Shown here piece after piece: positions 18,696 to 28,998 of a DNA stretch of 64,000 bases. The stretch spans positions 11,470 through 75,469 of the forward strand of contig JADFYE010000008.1 in assembly GCA_015233195.1 (NCBI GenBank). The letters run 5' to 3'. The notes under the pieces are model-generated. The model was not told the origin of the DNA. It ran no database searches and saw only the letters and a list, made by a program, of their open reading frames with translations. The stretch comes from Candidatus Omnitrophota bacterium (GTDB taxonomy: Bacteria; Omnitrophota; Gorgyraeia; Zapsychrales; Zapsychraceae). A program made the position numbers and the translations under genes. The number at the start of each line of letters is the position of its first letter. Position 1 is the first letter of the stretch.

Positions 18696-21056
18696 TTAAG
18701 GCGTATTCCACAACTGTTTATATGCATAATAAGCCTTGCGTAATTGCCTCATATAAGGACTATGTCGTCCATCGCCCTGACTTACAATTCCAAACCACTC
18801 TTCATAATAAAACCCACCTGGGAATGGACCAATAGCATCAGATTTTGTATCATGCACAAATGGTTCATAATTTTTCCACCACTCATCTAACCATTCAAAA
18901 ACAATACCGCCCAAAGAATTCCCAATGCCTTTGCCTGCAGTATTAGATTCAATATCCATCCAGTTACCGATGTGATAATCAGCTTGTGCTTTTTCTCCCT
19001 GTTCAAAAGTCAAAAACGGCGCAAAAGCTGGCGCGCCATATTCAGTAATAAATGCCGGCTTACCGCTTGCGTCAGCCACCTGTTCCCAAAGCGATCCAAA
19101 ACCATAATCTCCTCGATAAACATTCGCAGCAAAAATATCAACATTGGGACAATACTTACCAAAAATATCCAAGAATAAAGTATCTCCATTTCCGACCGCT
19201 ACCGGATGATTTGGATCAATTGATTTTATCATCTGCGCCACCTCGTCAACAAATTTAAAATACGCCTCAGGTTTTTTATCCGCGTTACATGCCACGCCAT
19301 AATTGTTCTCATTACCTAAAACCCACACCAAAATATAAGGTTCATCTTTAAATTCCATGACCATCTTTTTCACGGATTCCATCATTTTAGCTTTATGCGC
19401 GGGATTTTCATAATCCGTACCTTCAGTCCAGGTTGCGCCAGAACCTATCGCGTACTTACCCAAAAAATCTCCCATGACTACCATAAACCCATACTCTTTA
19501 TACATTTTCCTTAACAACTCTTTATTCGGCGGACTTGGAAAATGATATAAACGTATAGTATTAACGCCCATCTCTTTCATTAGTTGAAAATCACCCACCA
19601 CCGGCTCATCAGCGTCTTGAATATTATTTTTATTTTTATCAACCCACGCTTCATACGGCGCATCAATTATTCCACTATTATTAAGGTCTTCTTCCATCCA
19701 GTTCTTTTTTGTACCCTTATCCGGACTCTGACCTACTGCCGTAGGTTCATACGTTACGCCTTTAATTAGGAATGGTTTACCGTAGACCAACATCTTCCAG
19801 TGACCATTGTCATACCGCACTAACTGCACGTTACCACTACCTACAGTCTTAACTACTTTCCCTAAAGCTTTATTTTCTTCAAATTTGAATGATTGTTTTA
19901 CTTTATCCACTATCCCGATCTTAACGAGCTTTCCCGGCCAAATTGTAAACACATCATTTTTCGGATCATTATCAAAACCGTTTTTTATTTTAATTTTCAT
20001 CCATTTAGCTTCTAACCCTAATTCAGGATGTATTCTTATAATATGCTCAATCTTTGCTATAGCCGCTTGACCAGGATACCAAGGTGTCTGCCAATTAGTC
20101 ATAGCTACAGTTCGTGGAAAATGCACGATCAAAGAATGGTAAGCTTTTAACGCTTCCTTATACATTCCGGCTTTTTCAAAAATCACGCCTAAATAAAATA
20201 ACCGGACACCCCACGGTTCTTTAGCCGTAACCCATTTAAAATATCCGGTCTCGAGATCTACAGTATTAACAAATTTCCAATAATCACTGCCGCATATTTT
20301 TCCTTCATTATTAAGTTCTTTGTATCTAGGATTAGAATAGATATCAGTCAAATTCGGATAAATACCTTCACCCACCGCTTTTTTTAATCCCTCCAGATCT
20401 GTAACTCGATAATGATAATTTTCAGTTCCAACATTTACAAATTCACCATATTTAGAATAATCAACAACTTCTTCTTTTCCGGGCGTAGTTAACTGCGGCT
20501 TGGTCCATACCACATTTTTAGGATCAATATCTTTTACTTCTGGAATACGTCCTTCCATTACATCAATACTAGCTTGCGATTTTTCAGCTACTGACCAAAA
20601 CCATCCTCGAGGATCCCAAGATTTACTCCAATGATAATTTGTAAGAATATTTTTGAAATTTTTTACTGCCTCAGCAGTCTTGCCGTGATTCATAAGAAAC
20701 TCAGCCTGAATAAATAAACAAGTCGCGACATCATTTAACGCTGAATATTGTGTTTCTTGTCCTGACGCAGGAAAATCAGTCAAATCAGATTCTTGCGCAG
20801 CAGCTTTATCGCCGTAATATTTTAATACTTCTTGGACTAAAGAATCTAACTTAGCTTGATCACCTTTACCTGAAGCCTCCCAGCAAAATTTTACATATTC
20901 AGACGATGCTTTAGGTTCGGCGATAACTGAATCTGTTTTTTCCGGAGCGGTTACTGCAGCGGCTGGAGTTTGGGCATAAATATAAGTGCTTGCAAAAAAA
21001 CAAAACGATAACATCGTTAATAAACCAACCCGAAATTTACCAAAAAATTTTTTCAT
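18696..21056 (-). CDS. secreted glycoside hydrolase (GH2/GH5-like TIM barrel) with N-terminal GWFW TPR-like module
   Basis: GVNTIRLYHFP, VWVLGNENNYG and FITEYG fit a clan GH-A barrel with NE acid/base and E nucleophile. The N-terminus carries the same ALNDVATCLFIQ...RGWFW module as the neighbouring gene. ATG at 21056; the track TTG is at 21068. Confidence 0.7.
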   Translation of the reverse strand: MKKFFGKFRVGLLTMLSFCFFASTYIYAQTPAAAVTAPEKTDSVIAEPKASSEYVKFCWEASGKGDQAKLDSLVQEVLKYYGDKAAAQESDLTDFPASGQETQYSALNDVATCLFIQAEFLMNHGKTAEAVKNFKNILTNYHWSKSWDPRGWFWSVAEKSQASIDVMEGRIPEVKDIDPKNVVWTKPQLTTPGKEEVVDYSKYGEFVNVGTENYHYRVTDLEGLKKAVGEGIYPNLTDIYSNPRYKELNNEGKICGSDYWKFVNTVDLETGYFKWVTAKEPWGVRLFYLGVIFEKAGMYKEALKAYHSLIVHFPRTVAMTNWQTPWYPGQAAIAKIEHIIRIHPELGLEAKWMKIKIKNGFDNDPKNDVFTIWPGKLVKIGIVDKVKQSFKFEENKALGKVVKTVGSGNVQLVRYDNGHWKMLVYGKPFLIKGVTYEPTAVGQSPDKGTKKNWMEEDLNNSGIIDAPYEAWVDKNKNNIQDADEPVVGDFQLMKEMGVNTIRLYHFPSPPNKELLRKMYKEYGFMVVMGDFLGKYAIGSGATWTEGTDYENPAHKAKMMESVKKMVMEFKDEPYILVWVLGNENNYGVACNADKKPEAYFKFVDEVAQMIKSIDPNHPVAVGNGDTLFLDIFGKYCPNVDIFAANVYRGDYGFGSLWEQVADASGKPAFITEYGAPAFAPFLTFEQGEKAQADYHIGNWMDIESNTAGKGIGNSLGGIVFEWLDEWWKNYEPFVHDTKSDAIGPFPGGFYYEEWFGIVSQGDGRHSPYMRQLRKAYYAYKQLWNTP

Positions 21057-21105
21057 GTTTTTACCCAATCAAATTTTAAAATTACAAGACTGTTCAAAAA
21101 TCTTA

Positions 21106-21951
21106 TTATTGGACGGTTGCGCCTTCAGTGAGACCTTTAATAATATGCTGCTGCATAAACAAATATATTAAAATGATTGGTAACGCCGCAATCGTCAATC
21201 CAGACATCAAGATCGGATAATCGACGCTATACGTACCTTGAAATACCATCAACCCTCTTTGTAAAGGCATCAAGGAAGTATCATTCAAAAGTAAATACGC
21301 CAAAATATATTCATTCCAAACATTCAATGAATTAAAAATCACAATAACTGCCAAAGCTGGACGAGCCAAAGGTAATGCCACGTGCCACCAAATACCCAAA
21401 CGACCGCACCCGTCGATACGCGCCGCGTCTTCCATATCATGCGGCAGTTTATCAAAAAATGTTTTTAATAATAAAATGCTGACTGATAACCCAACACTGA
21501 TCATACATAGTATATACCCTATCCGGGTGTTAGCCAAGCCGAGTTTAGTCATCAAAACATACATCGGAACGAAACTTCCGGGTAAAGGTATCATCATCGC
21601 AGCCAAAAACATGCCGAAGAAAAAATTTTTTCCTGGAAATTTAAGACGAGAAAACGCGTAAGCAGCCAATGAAGATACTAAAACAATCCCGACCACAACT
21701 GATACGGTATAAACCATACTATTTAAAAAATATATCCCGAACCCGCCATCTACCCAAGCCTGAATATAATTTGAAAAATGCAGATCCCTCGGAATTAAAG
21801 TTTTATCTGTAAAAACCGTCTGATTGGTCATCAAGGAGCATCTAATCATCCAAAATAAAGGAAATAAACAAGTCAAAGCCACAGACATTAAAAAAGAATG
21901 TATGATAACCGACTTAACCACTCCAATAGCTTTGTAACGTGAACCTTCCAT
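21106..21951 (-). CDS. carbohydrate ABC transporter permease (MalG-like)
   Basis: EAA-loop DAARIDGCGRLGIWWHVALPLARPAL. Six-TM profile. Confidence 0.9.
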   Translation of the reverse strand: MEGSRYKAIGVVKSVIIHSFLMSVALTCLFPLFWMIRCSLMTNQTVFTDKTLIPRDLHFSNYIQAWVDGGFGIYFLNSMVYTVSVVVGIVLVSSLAAYAFSRLKFPGKNFFFGMFLAAMMIPLPGSFVPMYVLMTKLGLANTRIGYILCMISVGLSVSILLLKTFFDKLPHDMEDAARIDGCGRLGIWWHVALPLARPALAVIVIFNSLNVWNEYILAYLLLNDTSLMPLQRGLMVFQGTYSVDYPILMSGLTIAALPIILIYLFMQQHIIKGLTEGATVQ

Positions 21952-22167
21952 TTAATATTATCCTTTAACATATTAAACAAATTTTTAGTTTTAAAATCTC
22001 CGGTATTTTGCGGAACGCTTGTTTACCCCTGCGAGTTAAACTTCACTCGACGATAATTCTCGCTCTCGTACAATAAAACCTGTACGAGCCATGCCCGCTC
22101 GAATTATCAACGTCCGCTTAAATACCTGTGACTTTAACTTACAAAATTTGTTTTTACACTATACTAT

Positions 22168-23103
22168 TCATTGCTTCGTTTTACTGCCAAAAGTTTTTGA
22201 TAATAATGATAAACAAACTAGAATAATCCCGAAAGTAACGCCCATAGAACACGCATACCCAAACCGATTTGTCCCCTGCATCGCTAACAAAATACGAGTA
22301 ACTGGCACTTCTGTATGATATCCTAATCCCTGGCTGACCATAGCTTTGATCAACACGAATACCTGCATGGAACCTAAAATTGTCAGGATCACGACCACAG
22401 AAATCACCGGAAGCATCATCGGCAAAGTCACATGACGAAACGTGCTCCATGCCCCTGCTCCGTCGACCTTGGCTGCTTCATAAAGCTGATGATCAATGGT
22501 CTGTAAACCAGCGAGCAGCATAATGAATCCCCAGCCGAACCCTTTCCAGCAATGAACCACAGCAATACATGTAAGCGCGGTTTCCGGATTAGACAACCAA
22601 TTATTCACCAGCCCAGGTAAACCGGATTGGACCAGCCAATAATTCAAAATCCCGATCTGTTGTCCGCCCTGAACTCCGGCATTTAAAATCCATTGCCAAA
22701 TCAAACCAACTACAACTTCAGATAATACTGGAGGTAAAAAGAAAATAACTTGATAAAATTTTTTCATGCGGATTTGGCGATCACAAGCCAAAGCTAGAGC
22801 AAATGCCAAAGCATTCTGGAACGTAAGCGCAATAAGAGTGATATAAGAAGCGTGCCAAACCGACGTCCACCAAACCTTATCTTTCATCAATTCAGCAAAA
22901 TTAGCTAACCCTACCCAACTGCGATCTGGACTTATACCATTCCAATCTTGTAAAGATAGACGGAAAATTTCAAAAAAAGGATATATATAAAAAATAGAAA
23001 AAAGAATAACTGCAGGCATAATAAAAGATAAATTCTTTAAATTATCTTGAATTATTAATGTTCTGGGCTTTAAATGCGTAGGGTTAGTTGCTACTACTGA
23101 CAT
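22168..23103 (-). CDS. carbohydrate ABC transporter permease (MalF-like)
   Basis: EAA-loop EAAKVDGAGAWSTFRHVTLPMMLPV. Confidence 0.9.
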   Translation of the reverse strand: MSVVATNPTHLKPRTLIIQDNLKNLSFIMPAVILFSIFYIYPFFEIFRLSLQDWNGISPDRSWVGLANFAELMKDKVWWTSVWHASYITLIALTFQNALAFALALACDRQIRMKKFYQVIFFLPPVLSEVVVGLIWQWILNAGVQGGQQIGILNYWLVQSGLPGLVNNWLSNPETALTCIAVVHCWKGFGWGFIMLLAGLQTIDHQLYEAAKVDGAGAWSTFRHVTLPMMLPVISVVVILTILGSMQVFVLIKAMVSQGLGYHTEVPVTRILLAMQGTNRFGYACSMGVTFGIILVCLSLLSKTFGSKTKQ

Positions 23104-23108
23104 TATTA

Positions 23109-24407
23109 CTATTTTTTCTTCTTAGACAATTGTTCTTGTTTTACTTTTTGGACTTCTTGAGCTATCTGCTCCGGCGTCTTCTCCCCGATCAAAATAGATT
23201 GAATACCTTTTAGAAATACTTCACTTACAATTGGATCTTCATTTAACGCCCAGAAAGTCGGATGTGTAGCCTGATCCATAACACTCGCAAAAGAAGATAA
23301 TACTTCAGGTATTTCAGCCAAAGCTTCACGGTTAGACGGTAAATTTTTGGTTTCTTTAGCTAAATAAGTTTGCTGGTCTTTTTCAGACAACCATTTTAAG
23401 AATGCAATAGCTTTATCTTTACGCGGCGACATATTATTAACTACCAAAGATGACCCTGCTCCTCCCCAAATCTTCATAGGCAAATTTGAATTAATAGCCG
23501 GTGGAAGCATAACTCCATATTCTAAAGAAGGATTCATACCATTATAAACATTAACGCACCATGAACCATTAAAAGCAAAAGCCGCTCGTTCTAAAGCAAA
23601 ATCCTGTTCAGCATATTTATTCGCCTTGGTTACAACCCCTTCAAGTAATGCGCCTTTATCCACCAATTGCTTAAACACATCCAATACTTTTATCCAATCC
23701 GGGTCAGTGTAAGGAACTTCTCCTCGATAAGTAGCCATGATTTTTTCTTCACCCATTATATTAAAAGCATAATTAGAAGAAAAACAATCCAGCATCCATA
23801 ATTCACCCCATCCGGAAACTAAACCAGATACTCCTACCCGCTTGAGCGCTTGAATCGCCTCTAAAAATTCTGAAAAAGTTTGCGGCGGAGCCTTAACTCC
23901 AGCTTTCTTCAACAATTTAACATTATATAACATTTGAATATTAGTCACGTCGAGCGGAACCCCATAAATACCCGGTTTAACGCCATAAACATTACCTTCT
24001 ACAAACCGGTTCACGTCTAAAGCTTTTGGAAAAAACCAATTTTCCCATTCACTATTATTAGCTTTAAAATCCGGCGTAAGATCCGCAATGAAACCGCCTT
24101 TAATGAATGCTGAAAAAATTTCTTTTTTATCGAGGATACCGTAAATATCTGGGAGGACTTTGGCTTGAGCTGAAGCTACAACTTTTTGAGTATATGCTTC
24201 TGAAGGAGCAAAAAGATCGATTTTAACTTTAATACCAGTTTGCTGTTCATATTTGGCGGCTAATTCTTCCAGCGCTTTATTGCGATCAATCATCCAATGC
24301 CACACTGAAATAGTATTTAAATCTTCTTGCTTTTTACCGCAACCTGAGCAACTCAACGAAAAAACCATCACCGCAGCAAACAGCATAATTCCGAGTTTAC
24401 GATCCAT
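23109..24407 (-). CDS. ABC transporter extracellular sugar-binding lipoprotein
   Basis: Lipobox LSCSGC. Family-1 solute-binding-protein-like sequence. First gene of the permease operon. Confidence 0.85.
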   Translation of the reverse strand: MDRKLGIMLFAAVMVFSLSCSGCGKKQEDLNTISVWHWMIDRNKALEELAAKYEQQTGIKVKIDLFAPSEAYTQKVVASAQAKVLPDIYGILDKKEIFSAFIKGGFIADLTPDFKANNSEWENWFFPKALDVNRFVEGNVYGVKPGIYGVPLDVTNIQMLYNVKLLKKAGVKAPPQTFSEFLEAIQALKRVGVSGLVSGWGELWMLDCFSSNYAFNIMGEEKIMATYRGEVPYTDPDWIKVLDVFKQLVDKGALLEGVVTKANKYAEQDFALERAAFAFNGSWCVNVYNGMNPSLEYGVMLPPAINSNLPMKIWGGAGSSLVVNNMSPRKDKAIAFLKWLSEKDQQTYLAKETKNLPSNREALAEIPEVLSSFASVMDQATHPTFWALNEDPIVSEVFLKGIQSILIGEKTPEQIAQEVQKVKQEQLSKKKK

Positions 24408-24592
24408 TTAAACTCTCCTCGGTGCTTAACGATTTATATAACTTATTCTTACTCTAAATTAATACAGCATATAAGTTTTTATCTCTGAAAGAATATCAAT
24501 GTTAACATAATGAAAAAAAGCGGTCAAGCTATTTATACCGCATTTAGTAATACTAAAGCACTATTAAATTTAGCCATCTTGTAAGATAAATT

Positions 24593-24943
24593 TTATGATT
24601 CAGATACAGCAGAATGAAACACGAAGTTGTATAAAGAAGCCATTTTTACCAATAAAGGTTTTGCAAATCTCAAACCAACATCCCACATATGATCTCCGCG
24701 AATACGCGCCCACATAACCCGACCTTCAACTTTTACTGGTATTTCTTGTCCAGGAATTTGAACATCCACAGATACATTATCTCCATAAAATAAACGATTT
24801 TGGGTCTTAATACGGACGCCATTTGAAGAAATATCTGAAACAAAGACTTGATCTCCTACATGAGGATCAGCAGCGCAGAATGAAGCAGGTAAAAATAAAG
24901 GTATTCTTTCAAAAATACGATTTTCAACATTCACTTCTGGCAT
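24593..24943 (-). CDS. PilZ domain protein
   Basis: RIFERIP (RxxxR) and DISSNGVRI (DxSxxG) c-di-GMP-binding signatures. Confidence 0.8.
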   Translation of the reverse strand: MPEVNVENRIFERIPLFLPASFCAADPHVGDQVFVSDISSNGVRIKTQNRLFYGDNVSVDVQIPGQEIPVKVEGRVMWARIRGDHMWDVGLRFAKPLLVKMASLYNFVFHSAVSES

Positions 24944-24944
24944 A

Positions 24945-25265
24945 TTATACTTTTTCTTTAAAATATCCGCTTAATCTAGATTTCGAACCTTGCATAACTT
25001 CTTTGAAAGCTAAACCAATCCGAAACAACCCATTAGCTAAAGGCGTAACCCACTGTACTTCACCTAATACTAATACTGAATGACCTTGTTCATCCAAATC
25101 AAGTTCAATTGCCATTTGTTTATGCAAAGGGATATCCAGCCGAGAAACTAAACCAATCCCGCCCTTGCTGAAATCCACTGTTTTTGAAAGATCAAAAAAG
25201 TTACCTGCCTGCGCTTCAACTGGCACCAAACAAGATAACCTCGGAGCTTTACGTTTGTTGAACAA
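24945..25265 (-). CDS. PilZ domain protein (second, tandem)
   Basis: KRKAPR and DFSKGGIGL motifs. TTG at 25265 is preceded by a GAGAAGGTG RBS. The track start at 25388 is also TTG but has no RBS, so the start is uncertain. Its stop lies 1 nt before the next PilZ ATG. Confidence 0.7.
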   Translation of the reverse strand: MFNKRKAPRLSCLVPVEAQAGNFFDLSKTVDFSKGGIGLVSRLDIPLHKQMAIELDLDEQGHSVLVLGEVQWVTPLANGLFRIGLAFKEVMQGSKSRLSGYFKEKV

Positions 25266-25450
25266 TATACACCTTCTCTCTAAATTGATACTACCGAAAG
25301 CCGGTCGAAATTTCAATATCTTAATTATGTTTTTAAAGAAAACCTTTACTTGCGCATTAAATATAAAACATAAAACCCCATTTTGCAAACCTATTACAGA
25401 ATATTTTTTTTACTGTTGACTAATTATATATTAAAAATAAGAATAGTAGC

Positions 25451-26203
25451 ATGATATATTTAACCGATAAGATTGTTGTAGTGATCTTAACCATTTATTT
25501 TCTAATAGGTTGGCAACGCGGATTTTTTAAAGCGATAATTGGACCTATTGCTTTTATTGTAGGCACATTAATAAGCGCTGTTTATTATTTTGAGACCAAA
25601 AATCTAATTATTGCAGTCATTATAGGAATAATTGCTCCGCTCGTGTTGGGCGTTATTTTTTCTATATTATTCCGTCCACCGCCTAAAGATAAAGACGATA
25701 ACTCCTCTCCTACAATTTCATTTGTAAACCGGGCAGCAGGTGGGTTAATATGCGCAGCCTGGTCTGGTGGCATGGCAATACTTTGCATTATCTTAGTGAC
25801 TTTAATACCTTCAAATTTTAAACCGCTTGCAAGCATAAAAAAAGACATTTCCTCGTCACAAACTTATAGAATAGTCAATAAATTATCCGGACACCGGCTC
25901 AAAAAAACCGTTTTAGATATAGACATGTTCAATAATTTGGTAAAGTCTGAAAAAGTACAAGAAGATATGCAAAAATCCGAAGCTTATAAAAATTTGATGG
26001 ACGACCCGTCAGTAAAATCCATACTTAACGACGCTAAAACTTTAGAAAGTATACAAAAAAAAGATATTAAAAGTCTGATCGGTAATCCTAAAATCCTGGC
26101 TATAATGAATAATCCCGACCTGATAGGCAAGCTGATGCAGTTTCAAAAAGAAATAATTGAAAAAAATTCTGCGGAATCATCTAAACAATTAAATAAAATG
26201 TAA
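25451..26203 (+). CDS. CvpA family membrane protein
   Basis: N-terminal IVVVILTIYFLIGWQRGFFKAIIGPIAFIVG is typical of colicin V production protein (CvpA) family. Soluble K/E-rich C-terminal tail. Confidence 0.65.
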   Translation: MIYLTDKIVVVILTIYFLIGWQRGFFKAIIGPIAFIVGTLISAVYYFETKNLIIAVIIGIIAPLVLGVIFSILFRPPPKDKDDNSSPTISFVNRAAGGLICAAWSGGMAILCIILVTLIPSNFKPLASIKKDISSSQTYRIVNKLSGHRLKKTVLDIDMFNNLVKSEKVQEDMQKSEAYKNLMDDPSVKSILNDAKTLESIQKKDIKSLIGNPKILAIMNNPDLIGKLMQFQKEIIEKNSAESSKQLNKM

Positions 26204-26238
26204 ACCGGCTCCGCAGATGACGCATCTGCGGAGCCGGT
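26204..26238. terminator. bidirectional terminator hairpin between convergent cvpA-like and mnmE
   Basis: 16-bp perfect stem accggctccgcagatg / catctgcggagccggt with a 3-nt loop. It abuts both stop codons. Confidence 0.8.
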
Positions 26239-27642
26239 TCATTTACCAATACAGAATTGATCAAAAATAGCATCGAGCAGATCCGCGTCAATATTCTTTC
26301 CCGTAATAGCATCCAAATTATTTACTGCGGATTTAATATGTTCGGAAATAAATTCCAAAGATAAAGTTTGATCTAAACCATTTGCCGCATCACCCAATGA
26401 TTGTTTACACATCTTTAAAGACTGAATATGACGAATATTGCTGACCAAAATTCCGTTAGTATCCACTTGTGAAGAATGCCAGATTTTTTGAACTATCATA
26501 TCTTCCAGAGCAGGCAAGCCTTCAGAAGTAACTGCAGAAATCTTTGCTATTGAAACGTTGGGAAAAAACTCTGATACTTTTTTCTCGTCTATATTGTGTC
26601 CTAGATCTATCTTATTAAAAATAACAATGACGTCCCGACCTTTAAGCTGTTCCATCAATTCTACGTCTTTATTCGTCAGAGGCTCGCTGTCGTCTAAAAC
26701 CAATAATGCCAGATCAGCGCCTGCAATATACACATGACTACGTTTCACTGCTTCCTGTTCGATTTTATCTCGAGGATCAATCAATCCAGCAGTATCAACC
26801 AACTGAAAAGGGATTCCCTTTATCTGCGCAGTCTCCTCGATAGGATCTCGCGTTGTTCCTGCGATTTCTGCTACGATCGCGCGTTCTTGTTTTAAAAGTT
26901 TATTCAAGATCGACGATTTACCAACATTCGGTTTTCCGCAAAGAACCAGCCGAATCCCTTCTCTTAATATGCGACCATGCTCGGACGCGGCTAATATTTG
27001 TTCGACTTTTTTAATCGCTTTGTTCAAATGTTCTTTTAAAAAACCCGTCTTATCCGACTCAGTATCATCTTCAGGAAAATTAACTAATGCCTCAACTGAA
27101 ACATAAACTGTCATGATCTCTTCGCGGATCTCGTCTAACTTTTTTGAAAGTTCGCCTTTAAGCTGATTATTGCTCACCCTTAAATACGCGCCGGTCTTAG
27201 CACGAATCACGTCGAGTACAGCTTCTGCCTGAGCAAGATCAATCCGACCATTTAAAAACGCGCGTTTCGTAAATTCACCCGGATCGGCTAACCTTGCGCC
27301 ATTATCTAATATCAACTGTAAAATCGACCGCTGCGCCATGCTCCCGCCGTGACAGCTTATCTCGACCACATTTTCACAGGTATAACTTTTTGGCGCTAAC
27401 ATAACAGTCAGCAAAACCTCGTCAATCAATTCCCACTGACTATTTTTTTCTCGACCAACTTCGCCATAATGAACTGTAAAAGTTTTAAATGAAGACGGTA
27501 ATGCTTTATTCTTCGCCTTGAATATTTTATCAGCTATTGATACGGCATCCGCACCGCTAATACGAATTATACCTATACCGCCGGCGCCAGTGCCGGTAGC
27601 AATCGCAACAATCGTGTCATCTATTGGATTTAATTGACTCAT
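26239..27642 (-). CDS. mnmE: tRNA modification GTPase MnmE (TrmE)
   Basis: G-domain GKPNVGKSS, DTAG, NKID, and the C-terminal CIGK motif. Confidence 0.95.
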   Translation of the reverse strand: MSQLNPIDDTIVAIATGTGAGGIGIIRISGADAVSIADKIFKAKNKALPSSFKTFTVHYGEVGREKNSQWELIDEVLLTVMLAPKSYTCENVVEISCHGGSMAQRSILQLILDNGARLADPGEFTKRAFLNGRIDLAQAEAVLDVIRAKTGAYLRVSNNQLKGELSKKLDEIREEIMTVYVSVEALVNFPEDDTESDKTGFLKEHLNKAIKKVEQILAASEHGRILREGIRLVLCGKPNVGKSSILNKLLKQERAIVAEIAGTTRDPIEETAQIKGIPFQLVDTAGLIDPRDKIEQEAVKRSHVYIAGADLALLVLDDSEPLTNKDVELMEQLKGRDVIVIFNKIDLGHNIDEKKVSEFFPNVSIAKISAVTSEGLPALEDMIVQKIWHSSQVDTNGILVSNIRHIQSLKMCKQSLGDAANGLDQTLSLEFISEHIKSAVNNLDAITGKNIDADLLDAIFDQFCIGK

Positions 27643-28945
27643 ATAACTTTCCTATTAAATAAACTGAGCCTACAACTACGACTAGTTCAACATCTTTTCT
27701 GACCTGCACATAGTTTAACGCATCGTCCGCATTTTTAAAACAACTCACTGGAATGGTTTTAAAACATTCTTTCAATTCTTCTTTCGTAAACGCGTAAGCT
27801 CGGTCATGAAATCCCGTAACCGCCACAACCTCTCTTGCTATTTTTTGCAGACATTCACATATTGCCTGCCGATTTTTATCCGACGCTAATCCTAAAATTA
27901 TAACCGGCTTTTTATTCGGAAATACTTGCGCCCAGGTTTTTACAAATTCATTAACTGATTCCTGCGTGTGACAGCAATCTAAAACAAAAGTCTGCCTACC
28001 TCCGACTATTTCAAACCTTGCAGACCAATGCACATTATACGCGCCCTGATACACCGCCTCATCAGATATTTTAAAACCTTCATGTCGTAAGCCCTCGACC
28101 ACGCATAATGCTGCAACCAAATTCTCCGCCTGACATTCGCCGAATAAAGACAATTTTAGATCATCAAATTCTTTATCACGCAAAGCTATATCAATGTTCT
28201 GTCCTGAACTATATATTTTGCACTCTTTCACAATCGCGTCTTTTCCCACGCGAAAAATATTTTTCACCTGCTCCGCGGCGATACGCTTATTAATGATTTC
28301 TTCGGCTTCAGGATATTGTTTCGCAATAACCGTAAATTTATTCATAGACTTGATAATCGCGGCTTTTTCCGACGCAATCGCGGCAATAGTCTCACCTAAT
28401 ATTTTGGTGTGTTCCAATCCTATCGGCGTTATTACAGACGCAAACGAGTCCACCACATTAGTCGCGTCCAAGCGCCCGCCTAGACCCGTTTCTAAAACCG
28501 CCCAGTCAACTTTCTGTTCTGCAAAATACATAAAAGCTATCACAGTCAACCATTCAAAATAAGTAAGCTGGTCTAAGAGCGCCTGCTCAATGTTGTCTTT
28601 TATTTTTGAAATGATGCGAGCGAAATCATCCTTGCCTATCCTGTCATCAATAAATATTCGTTCGCGGATATCCAAAATGTGAGGAGAGGTATAAAGCCCG
28701 ACTTTAAAGCCTGCGGCTCGGAGAATGGACGCAATAATTGCGGCTGTCGACCCTTTGCCTTTAGTGCCGGCTATATGTATAGACTTGAATGTGTCTTGAG
28801 GATTGCCTAATACTTGTAAGACTTTTTGAATATTATCCAAACTAAAATCCGAAGCTGACGCCTTATGCAGCATCCGCTCAAAATTCACACACTGCTCAAG
28901 ATAATTTATTGCCTGGTCGTAAGTAAACATATAAAAACATAACAT
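27617..28945 (-). CDS. folC: bifunctional folylpolyglutamate synthase / dihydrofolate synthase
   Basis: IHIAGTKGKGST P-loop and a Mur-ligase-like middle and C-terminal domain. Overlaps mnmE by 26 nt. An alternative ATG is at 28930. Confidence 0.9.
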   Translation of the reverse strand: MLCFYMFTYDQAINYLEQCVNFERMLHKASASDFSLDNIQKVLQVLGNPQDTFKSIHIAGTKGKGSTAAIIASILRAAGFKVGLYTSPHILDIRERIFIDDRIGKDDFARIISKIKDNIEQALLDQLTYFEWLTVIAFMYFAEQKVDWAVLETGLGGRLDATNVVDSFASVITPIGLEHTKILGETIAAIASEKAAIIKSMNKFTVIAKQYPEAEEIINKRIAAEQVKNIFRVGKDAIVKECKIYSSGQNIDIALRDKEFDDLKLSLFGECQAENLVAALCVVEGLRHEGFKISDEAVYQGAYNVHWSARFEIVGGRQTFVLDCCHTQESVNEFVKTWAQVFPNKKPVIILGLASDKNRQAICECLQKIAREVVAVTGFHDRAYAFTKEELKECFKTIPVSCFKNADDALNYVQVRKDVELVVVVGSVYLIGKLYESIKSNR

Positions 28946-28998
28946 GAAAATTTAAAAATACGAAATAAAAATTATCACCATCTCATTATCAATACTTT

